A stretch of DNA of 64,000 nucleotides, taken from Deltaproteobacteria bacterium (GTDB taxonomy: Bacteria > Myxococcota_A > Polyangia > Polyangiales > Ga0077539). Shown piece after piece: positions 56,914 through 64,000 of the stretch. Location: NCBI GenBank assembly GCA_947477565.1, contig CANJUR010000015.1, positions 13,470 to 77,469 on the forward strand. The letters are read 5' to 3'. Numbering within the stretch: the stretch's first letter is position 1; each line of letters begins with the position of its first letter. A model generated the notes under the pieces. It had not been told where the DNA came from. It made no database searches and saw only the letters and a list, made by a program, of their open reading frames with translations. A program made the position numbers and the translations under genes.

Positions 56914-59900
56914 ATGTTCGAAGTCCGATGCCCAGGCTGCCAGAATCCCTTCGAGCTCGACGAGCGTCGCGTTCCTCGCAATGGCATGACCATGCGATGC
57001 CCAAAGTGCCAGACCACCTTTGTGGTCAAGCGCCCGGAGACCGTCGGAATTGGGGGAGTGCCGCCAAGCCCTGACGGAGAGATGCAGGTTCCCCTCCCGA
57101 TGCCCTTTGCGCCGCATCCCGTGGGGGCGAAGACACCGCCGGTTCCGATGTCCGGTGCGATCGGAGCCGGCTCCCCGCCACCCGTGCCCGTGCGAGGACC
57201 CGCGGCACGATCGCAGTTTCCTGTCGAATTCACCCCGGAGGTCGGTGGGCATTCGCCCAACCCAGAACCCGATCACTTCCCCAGCACCAACGACTCTTCC
57301 TGGGAACTTTCCGACGACCTTCCCGTCCCGACGCACGATGTCGGTCTCCCGATGCCAACCGAGCCCGAAGCTCGACGTCGCAGCGCTGCGTCTGGCTTTC
57401 CTGGAGCTTCGCCCCCGGCGGAATCCAACGCCAAATCCACTCTGACCATGCTTCCCGAACTGCGGCCCGAGGTTCAGGCCGTGACGCGCCGTCCATCCCC
57501 GCAGCCGATCCCGCCGGAGGAAGTGGGTCTGCCTGGCCTCGTCGCCTCGCTGCCCGTCGTGGTCGCAGGCTTGCCCGCTCTCTATCAGGGCAATGTGGGC
57601 CTCCCGCAGTTGGCCGCGAGCCTCCCGCAGATGGCCGCGGGCCTCCCGCAGACAGCCGCGGATCTACCGATGAACGCGGCGGAGCTTCCGATGGGCGCGG
57701 CGGGATTTCCGATGAACGCAGCGGAGCTTCCGATGGGCGCGGCGGAGCTTCCCGGGTTCGAGCCGGACATGACGGCGAGTAATTCGCGGCAGGTGGTGCT
57801 CGGGCGCGTCAACGTCGAGCGACGTGCGTTCAGCATGACCGACGGGGATGATCTTCCGTCGCTCGCGGGAGATGCTGCTCTTCCATCGGTACGGCCCCAG
57901 GCGCACCCTGCCGTGCGCGAGGAGTACAAGGCGCCGCTCGATGACCGCAGCGAGCGCGGCTCGATCCACGGGGGCGTGAACTACGGCGAACTCGACCTGG
58001 GCGACGTCATTGGTCAGCCGATGCCGCCCAATGCTCCGGTGGCGAATACCGTTCAGGGTAATCCGTTTCCGCAGCAAACCCGGGGGACGGAAGTCGGTCA
58101 GGAGTTCGACGCGCTGACCGGGACCGCGGCCCGGCCGCACGGTGGCCCCATCGGGGGGACCTCGCAGCCGTCGAACAAGGCCGCGCCGAAGAAGGAACCC
58201 CGTCGGCTGACTCCGATGAGCGAGGGGCCACGGCGTCCGTGGATGCAGTACGCGCTGTACGGCACCCTTGGCATGCTGGGAATCGGAGTGCTGGGCGGCG
58301 CTGCGCTGGCGACTACGGAGTACGGCGCGTTCGGAAAGAACTGGTTCGACGAGCAACTCCACGGGCCCGAGCGGCACGCCGCGGCGACCCGGGTGATTCA
58401 GTACGTCGATCGGCTGCTCGAGCACGACACGTATGACCGTGCGATTGCGGGTCTGCGGCGTCTCGAGCAGGCGCTGGCGCGCGTGCCGAAGGAGCGCGAA
58501 CTCAAGGCGTACATCGTCTACGCGAACAATCTGGTGGTGCTGCGTTTCGGGGCTGATCCGTCGCGCACAGGCCGCGCTCGCACGCTCCTGGCAGAGTTGG
58601 TGGAGGCGCCGCCGGGGATGCAGTTTCTCGCGCTGGCGAAGGCGTCCGAAGCGCTGGCGCGGGGAAACGCCCGAGGGGCTCTTCAGCTCGTGCGCAATGA
58701 TCCCAACGGGCGCGACCTCGCGACCATGGCTGCGGGGGCGCTCAACGACAACGCGCAGTGGCTTCGCTACGCCACCGCGGGCCGGCAACGGCACCCCACC
58801 TCGCGTTCGCGCTACCTTCTTGCGCAGGCGTACCTCGCGACCGGCGACGCCGTGGCGGCGCGACAAATGGCCGAAGAGACGCTCCAGCACGAGGCACAGC
58901 ATCCCGGCGCGCGCGTGCTGCTGGCGCGCATCCTGGGGCAGCGTGAAGAGGGCCAGAACCGCGCTCTCGAGCTACTGCAAGACCTCGTGGGTACGACGGC
59001 CCGCGGCGCCGCGGTGAGCTACGCCTCGCCGACCGAGCGCGCGGATGCGTGCGTGGTGGCCGGGCAGATCGAGATGGCGCGCGATCGGGTCTCCGCCGCG
59101 CAGACGCGCTTCCAGCGGGCGCTCGAGCTCGAGCCGCGCAGCGCGACGGCGCTGGTGGGCATCGGGTCGATTTTGTACCGGCAGGGTAATTTCACCGATG
59201 CGCAGGCGCGCTTCCGCAACGCCCACAGCGCTGATCCGCAGAACCTCGAGGCGACCATCGGCATCGCGCAGTCAACGCTGTCGCTCAACCAGCCGGCGGA
59301 GGCCAAGGCGGCGCTCGAGCCCGCAGTGCAGGAGCATCCGAACGACGGGCGGCTCCACTACTGGCTGGGCCGCTCTCTCGCAGCCACGGGCGACCAGCGA
59401 TCGCTTGCGCAGCAGTCATTTCGCGAGTCCATCCGGCTGCAGCCGGACAACCTGGATGCGTACGTCTCGCTCTCCGAACTGCTCATCGCGATGCAGCGCA
59501 ACGACGCCGCCGACCAGGTGCTCGTCGAGGCCCGCTCGCGGGTGCCCGACAACGCGGCCATCCACCGCGCGCTCTCGCATGGCCGCCTCGCACGCGGTGA
59601 CATCAGCGGCGCCGAGGAGGAGTTGCGCACCGCGCTGCAGCGCGACCCGGAGGACGTTCGCGCCCACTACGCCCTCGGCGACGTGTACCGCCGGATGCAG
59701 CGCCTCGATGACGCCACCCGGGAGCTCGACACCGTTGCGCGCATCGACCCCGACTATCCCGGTCTCGCCCTCGCGCGCGGCCGCCTCGCGGAGGCTCGAG
59801 GCGAACTCCCGGAGGCTCTCGCGACGTTCCGCGAGGCGCTGGCCCGCGATCCCACCAATCCGGAGCTGATCAACCGCGTGGCGGCGACGCTCGTCGCGCT

Positions 59901-60645
59901 TGGCAACTTCGGCGACGCCGACCAGATGCTCCGCTCGGTGGTCGTCAACCAGCCCACCAACGCCGAGGCGCAGTACCTCATGGGCCGCGCTCGGCTCGGC
60001 GCCGGTAACTATGTCGATTCGGTGCACTACCTCGATCGGGCAATCGAGCTCAACCCGCAGCGGGCGGAGTTCAAGGCCTTCGCCGCGGAGGCGCACCGTC
60101 GGTCGGGCGACATCGTGCGCGCGGTGCAACTCGCGGAGGAGTCCATCCAGCTTGATCCTGCATTTCCGCGCGGGTACTGGGTGCGCGCGGAAATCAGGGT
60201 GCGCCAGGGCGCAGCGGCGCAGGCGCTCGTGGACATCAACCGCGCGACGCAACTCGACGGAACCTTCTGGGACGCCTACGCGACCTGGGCGGACATCGAC
60301 GACGCACTCGGCCGACGCGACGACGCGATCCGGCTGTATCGGGTCGCCATCTCGCACGATCCGCGGCACGGCGATTGGTTCTACAATCTGGGTCGGTTGC
60401 TCGGCGACGCGGGACGCGAGGGCGAGGCGCGGGCGGCGTTGCTGCAGGTGCGCTCGTTGGGCGCAGGGCTCAACCCGACGCCGAGCTGGTTCGTTCAGGG
60501 CACGCGGCAACTCGCCGACCTGGAGCGCGGGGGTAACTCCGCCGAGGCGCGTCGGCTTTACATCGAGTACCTCCGGATGGTCCCACCGGGGAGCCCGTCG
60601 TCGGTCAGCGTGCAGATCATTCTCGGAGAGATGAGCGAAAACTGA
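56914..60645 (+). CDS. Zinc-ribbon (MJ0042-type) protein with Pro-rich heptad-repeat region, single TM and a long TPR array
   Basis: The N-terminus is MFEVRCPGCQNPFELD...MRCPKCQTTFVV. The TM is YALYGTLGMLGIGVLGGAALA. About 780 aa of TPR-like helices follow (many A..Y/F..AL..DP repeats). Confidence 0.85.
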   Translation: MFEVRCPGCQNPFELDERRVPRNGMTMRCPKCQTTFVVKRPETVGIGGVPPSPDGEMQVPLPMPFAPHPVGAKTPPVPMSGAIGAGSPPPVPVRGPAARSQFPVEFTPEVGGHSPNPEPDHFPSTNDSSWELSDDLPVPTHDVGLPMPTEPEARRRSAASGFPGASPPAESNAKSTLTMLPELRPEVQAVTRRPSPQPIPPEEVGLPGLVASLPVVVAGLPALYQGNVGLPQLAASLPQMAAGLPQTAADLPMNAAELPMGAAGFPMNAAELPMGAAELPGFEPDMTASNSRQVVLGRVNVERRAFSMTDGDDLPSLAGDAALPSVRPQAHPAVREEYKAPLDDRSERGSIHGGVNYGELDLGDVIGQPMPPNAPVANTVQGNPFPQQTRGTEVGQEFDALTGTAARPHGGPIGGTSQPSNKAAPKKEPRRLTPMSEGPRRPWMQYALYGTLGMLGIGVLGGAALATTEYGAFGKNWFDEQLHGPERHAAATRVIQYVDRLLEHDTYDRAIAGLRRLEQALARVPKERELKAYIVYANNLVVLRFGADPSRTGRARTLLAELVEAPPGMQFLALAKASEALARGNARGALQLVRNDPNGRDLATMAAGALNDNAQWLRYATAGRQRHPTSRSRYLLAQAYLATGDAVAARQMAEETLQHEAQHPGARVLLARILGQREEGQNRALELLQDLVGTTARGAAVSYASPTERADACVVAGQIEMARDRVSAAQTRFQRALELEPRSATALVGIGSILYRQGNFTDAQARFRNAHSADPQNLEATIGIAQSTLSLNQPAEAKAALEPAVQEHPNDGRLHYWLGRSLAATGDQRSLAQQSFRESIRLQPDNLDAYVSLSELLIAMQRNDAADQVLVEARSRVPDNAAIHRALSHGRLARGDISGAEEELRTALQRDPEDVRAHYALGDVYRRMQRLDDATRELDTVARIDPDYPGLALARGRLAEARGELPEALATFREALARDPTNPELINRVAATLVALGNFGDADQMLRSVVVNQPTNAEAQYLMGRARLGAGNYVDSVHYLDRAIELNPQRAEFKAFAAEAHRRSGDIVRAVQLAEESIQLDPAFPRGYWVRAEIRVRQGAAAQALVDINRATQLDGTFWDAYATWADIDDALGRRDDAIRLYRVAISHDPRHGDWFYNLGRLLGDAGREGEARAALLQVRSLGAGLNPTPSWFVQGTRQLADLERGGNSAEARRLYIEYLRMVPPGSPSSVSVQIILGEMSEN
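57529..57768 (+). repeat. In-frame 21-nt tandem repeat (about 11 units) encoding LPxxAAx heptads
   Basis: Units are LPGLVAS LPVVVAG LPALYQGNVG LPQLAAS LPQMAAG LPQTAAD LPMNAAE LPMGAAG FPMNAAE LPMGAAE LPGFEPD. The DNA units are of the form CTNCCGCAG/ATGNNNGCCGCGNNN. Confidence 0.85.
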
Positions 60646-60756
60646 ACGCTGATCGAGAGAGCGCCCGCTCGGGTGTGGGTGCTCTCTCCGTGTCCCCGCC
60701 CCCACTCCAGTTTCGACCGCTTCGGCCCGTCGCACCACCCTGTTTGAAGGGCTGGG

Positions 60757-61815
60757 CTACTCGGTCGTGCGGGCCGCAGCGCGGTTTTCTTCGCGCATGG
60801 CGCGGCTGCGGTTGAGGGCGTTGTCGCGGGCCTCGTAGGCGCGGACGATGCGCGCCACCAGCGGGTGTCGCACCACGTCGATGTCGGTAAACGTGCAGAA
60901 CGCGATGCCTTCGGTGCCCGTGAGCAGCGCGGCCGCGTCGGACAGACCCGACTTGCGTCCCTCGGGCAGGTCAACCTGCGTGACGTCGCCGGTGATCACC
61001 GCCTTCGAGTCGTACCCCAGCCGCGTCAGAAACATCTTCATCTGCTCGGCCGTGGTGTTCTGCGCCTCGTCGAGGATCACGAACGCCTCGTTGAGCGTGC
61101 GTCCGCGCATGAAGGCCAGCGGCGCGACCTCGATCTGTCCCCGCTGGATGAGTGCCGTGGCCTTGTCGAGGTCCATCATGTCGTGCATCGCGTCGTAGAG
61201 CGGGCGCAGGTACGGATTGACCTTCTCCGCAAGGTCGCCAGGCAGGAATCCCAGCTTCTCGCCCGCCTCCACGGCCGGCCTCGTCAGGATGATGCGCTTG
61301 ACCTTCTTCTGCATCAGCGCCGCGACCGCCATCGCCATCGCGAGGTACGTCTTCCCGGTGCCCGCGGGGCCGATGCCAAACACGATGTCGTGCTCGCGCA
61401 GCGCCTCGATGTAACGCTTCTGCGCGAGGCCCTTCGGCGCGATGATACGGTGCCGCGCGCTCACCAACACCACGTCCTGAAACACATCCCGGAGCTTCAA
61501 CTCGGGGTGCTCCTTCAGTAACCGCACGGCGCGCGCGACGTCGTTGCCGTTGATCTCGTTGCCGTCCCGAATCGACTCGCAAAGTTCGGTCACCACGCGC
61601 TCGGCGAAGGCCACCTCCTCCGCCGACGCCCCCTGGATGTGCACCTGGTTGCCGCGCTGACCGAGGGTCACGCCGGTCTCCGCCTCGAGCACACGCAGGT
61701 GCTCGTTGCGCGGCCCGCACAACGCCACCATCAGGGCCGGATCAGCGACATCGACCTGCGCGCTCCCACTCGGGTTGCGCGCGCCCTTCGGCCCCGAAGC
61801 ATCGATTTTTGCCAT
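60757..61815 (-). CDS. phoH: PhoH-family ATPase with N-terminal KH-like domain
   Basis: Contains Walker A GPAGTGKTYLAMA, ILTRPAVEAGEKLGFLPGD, ILDEAQNTT and VITGDVTQVDLP. Confidence 0.9.
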   Translation of the reverse strand: MAKIDASGPKGARNPSGSAQVDVADPALMVALCGPRNEHLRVLEAETGVTLGQRGNQVHIQGASAEEVAFAERVVTELCESIRDGNEINGNDVARAVRLLKEHPELKLRDVFQDVVLVSARHRIIAPKGLAQKRYIEALREHDIVFGIGPAGTGKTYLAMAMAVAALMQKKVKRIILTRPAVEAGEKLGFLPGDLAEKVNPYLRPLYDAMHDMMDLDKATALIQRGQIEVAPLAFMRGRTLNEAFVILDEAQNTTAEQMKMFLTRLGYDSKAVITGDVTQVDLPEGRKSGLSDAAALLTGTEGIAFCTFTDIDVVRHPLVARIVRAYEARDNALNRSRAMREENRAAARTTE

Positions 61816-61871
61816 GCGACTACAGCACTAGCACGGCCCCGACGCTCGCGCGGTCGGGTATATGTCCGGGC

Positions 61872-62480
61872 ATGATCCGCGCGGTGGTGTTCGACCTCGA
61901 TGACACGCTCTTCCCGGAGGCGGCGTACGTGGCCTCGGGGTTTCGTGCGGTGGGAGAGGCCCTCGCTGCGGCAGGCGCGCGGGGCGACGTCCTCGACGAA
62001 GCGCTGCGGCAGTCGGGCATCGCGTCGGCGGTGTCGTGGTGCGTGGCGCGCTACCGCGAACACCGGCCGGACATCACCCTCTTCCCGGAAGCCCTGGAGG
62101 TGCTGGAATATTTACGCGGAAAGGTAAAAACCGGGCTGCTCACGGATGGCCGGCTGGTCGCGCAGAAGAGCAAGGTGGCCGCCCTCGGGCCCGCGACACG
62201 CGTAGACGCGGTGGTCTACAGCGATAGCTTCGGGCGGGAGAACTGGAAGCCGAGCGCGGTGCCGTATCGGGCGGTGGCCGAGGCGCTCGGGGTGGCGCAC
62301 GATGCGCGCGTGTACGTCGCCGACAACCCCCAGAAGGACTTCATCACCGCGCGAAATCTCCGCTGGCGTACGATTCAGTCGGCGCGCCCGGGGCAGACGC
62401 ATACAGCGGCACCGCCGAGCGCGGCGCACGCGACAGACCTGCGCGCAGCGCTGGCGGTGCTCGCCGGATGGATGGGCTGA
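61872..62480 (+). CDS. HAD-superfamily hydrolase
   Basis: Motif I VVFDLDDTL, a later LLTDG, and VADNPQKDF (motif IV-like). Start is the ATG at 61872. Confidence 0.8.
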   Translation: MIRAVVFDLDDTLFPEAAYVASGFRAVGEALAAAGARGDVLDEALRQSGIASAVSWCVARYREHRPDITLFPEALEVLEYLRGKVKTGLLTDGRLVAQKSKVAALGPATRVDAVVYSDSFGRENWKPSAVPYRAVAEALGVAHDARVYVADNPQKDFITARNLRWRTIQSARPGQTHTAAPPSAAHATDLRAALAVLAGWMG

Positions 62481-62974
62481 CGCGACCCGTGGGCAACGAA
62501 CGACGCAAGCTCCCGCTCTTCCCTGAGCTGATGGGAGGCCCGACGTGGCCGCCGGCGCCGCACCTCGATCAGGCGCGCCGCGGTCTCGGTGGCCGCTACG
62601 CCGACGACGTGGACGCATCGCTCATCGGGCGCTTTGTGCGGGCTGATCCGCATGAGGGCGTGGCCCTCTACGCGGACGCAGCGACGGTGGACGTGCTGGT
62701 GTCCGCTGGCGTGGTGCGGCGCATGGAGCGCGCGCGAGTGAGCGTGATGGACGACGTTGAACTGTCGCCGTTGCGGCGGCGGATGGCGGACGACGTGCGG
62801 CGCTACGCGGCGCTGCCGACCGGGCGACGCGCACGCTTCACGACGGAGACGGGCGCCGAGGCCGAGGGGTTGCTGCTCGAGAAGTGCCGCTATGGGGCGC
62901 TGGTCGCGCTCGATGATGGACGCGTCGTGGCGCTCGGATTCAGCCGCCTGCTCTGCACCGTCGCGCCGGGCTGA
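62468..62974 (+). CDS. Hypothetical protein
   Basis: 168-aa frame with GC-rich third positions. It overlaps the HAD gene by 13 nt. No motif recognised. Confidence 0.45.
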   Translation: MDGLTRPVGNERRKLPLFPELMGGPTWPPAPHLDQARRGLGGRYADDVDASLIGRFVRADPHEGVALYADAATVDVLVSAGVVRRMERARVSVMDDVELSPLRRRMADDVRRYAALPTGRRARFTTETGAEAEGLLLEKCRYGALVALDDGRVVALGFSRLLCTVAPG

Positions 62975-62988
62975 GCGCGTCCCGACGA

Positions 62989-63804
62989 TCACCCCGCGAG
63001 CAGCAGCGCCCGCGCCTCGCGTGCCGTCGGCCGCTCGTCGGGGCTCTTCGCCAGGCAACGTTGGAGCACCACGTCGATGCCCGCAGGCACCGACGAATCG
63101 ACCGCGCGTGCGGACGGCACCGGCCCCTCGGCGATGGCAAGCATGACCTCCATCGCCCCGCCCGCGTAGAGCCGCCGCGCCGTCAGAAGCTCGTAGAGCA
63201 GCACCGCCGCCCCGAACACGTCACTGCGCCCGTCGATGATCCTTTCGCCGGTCACGACCTCCGGGGCCATGTATCCGCGCGTCCCTTTGAGCACGCCGCG
63301 CTCGGCGTCCTCGCGCCAGCGGCTCGTGGCGATGCCGAAATCCAACAGGGACACCGTGCCGTCGTCGCGGGTCACCACGTTGCCCGGCGCCACGTCGCGG
63401 TGCACCACCCCGAGCGCCCGTCCCGCCTCGTCGGCGCGTGCGTGCACGTGGTCGAGCGCGTCGAGCAGAGCGGCGATCCAGGCCACCGCGGCGGACGGCG
63501 CGACCCGCCCGGCGGCCATCACCGCATCGAGTGGCTTACCGGTCACGTAATCCATCGTGAGGTGCGGCACCCCGCTGGCGTCACGGAATTGTTCCCGCAG
63601 GACCGGGATTGCCGGGTGCTCGAAGCGACCCAGCAACAGCCCCTCGTGCTCGAACATCGCCACGAGCACCGGGTCGTAGGCGCAGTGCCGGTGCATGCGC
63701 TTGAGCACCCGCGTCACGCCGTCCGCATCCTGCGCCAGGAACGTCTCTGCCAGCGCGCCTACCCCCAGGCTCGCGCCCACGCGCATCGTCGGTGGTTGTG
63801 TCAT
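62989..63804 (-). CDS. Ser/Thr protein kinase, catalytic domain only
   Basis: Contains VLK Lys, HRDVAPGNVV, DFG, GYMAPE and SDVFGAAVLLYELL. Start is the ATG at 63804 (MTQPPTMRVG); 271 aa with no extra domains. Confidence 0.85.
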   Translation of the reverse strand: MTQPPTMRVGASLGVGALAETFLAQDADGVTRVLKRMHRHCAYDPVLVAMFEHEGLLLGRFEHPAIPVLREQFRDASGVPHLTMDYVTGKPLDAVMAAGRVAPSAAVAWIAALLDALDHVHARADEAGRALGVVHRDVAPGNVVTRDDGTVSLLDFGIATSRWREDAERGVLKGTRGYMAPEVVTGERIIDGRSDVFGAAVLLYELLTARRLYAGGAMEVMLAIAEGPVPSARAVDSSVPAGIDVVLQRCLAKSPDERPTAREARALLLAG

Positions 63805-63922
63805 CCCGAGTCTGCTCCGATCACCGCGCCAATCACCGCGCGAGTATACTCGACCCCGTCGCGCGCGTTCGCTGCTCCCATCATGGCCGCAGCCAGGTTT
63901 CGCGCCGACCCAGACCATCGCC

Positions 63923-64000
63923 ATGCGGCCGTCACTCTGCCTGTTTCTCGCGCTCGCCGGACTCGGCTGCGGTGCCTCGGTGACCCCCTCCACCGCGCCC
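63923..64000 (+). CDS. N-terminus of a lipoprotein (continues beyond the window)
   Basis: The ATG at 63923 gives MRPSLCLFLALAGLGCGASVTPSTAP, a signal peptide with an LAGLGC lipobox. Only 26 codons are visible. Confidence 0.4.
   Translation, partial: MRPSLCLFLALAGLGCGASVTPSTAP

Noticed and set aside
57745-57765. GGGTTCGAGCC, a tRNA T-loop-like string.
   Set aside because: It lies inside the heptad-repeat coding region, and no acceptor or anticodon stems can be drawn around it.

Overview
This is 64 kb of very GC-rich bacterial chromosome (roughly 70% G+C by eye, with strong GC3 codon bias). It carries the replication-origin gene block dnaA-dnaN-recF-gyrB on the minus strand at 9.1-15.8 kb. 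Two clusters of TGTCCACA-type DnaA boxes flank dnaA, and a short AT-rich palindromic stretch sits in the dnaA-dnaN spacer, so this is a candidate oriC. A MYXO-CTERM-like sorting tail, an AgmX/PglI-type C-terminal domain and dense FHA/GGDEF/Ser-Thr-kinase/sigma-54 content suggest Myxococcota; that is an inference, not a database result. I call about 58 CDS. Most start coordinates were re-derived by hand, because the longest-ORF track over-extends N-termini in this GC-rich DNA and also counts GTG/TTG as starts. I saw no rRNA, tRNA, CRISPR array, transposase, integrase or phage genes, and no classical defence system. The items most worth a second look are listed here.
- An EutE/PduP-type aldehyde dehydrogenase with an encapsulation-peptide-like N-terminus but no microcompartment shell genes nearby.
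- A pseudokinase-GYF-TM-AgmX/PglI protein translationally abutted to an orphan SctJ/YscJ-type ring lipoprotein, just upstream of hrcA.
- A translationally coupled trio of a CXXCH beta-propeller lipoprotein, a DUF455 ferritin-like protein and a pre-ATP-grasp-like protein.
- A lipoprotein plus a HExxH-PD40-beta-barrel outer-membrane protein.
- A sugar ABC transporter whose binding protein is fused to its MalF-like permease.
- A membrane-anchored triple DsbA.
- Two lower-GC, gene-poor islands (about 24.0-24.85 kb and 51.55-52.84 kb) carrying palindromic motifs and a terminator-like hairpin.
- A 21-nt tandem repeat inside a zinc-ribbon/TPR giant protein.
All functional calls come from reading motifs in the translations. 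No searches were run.
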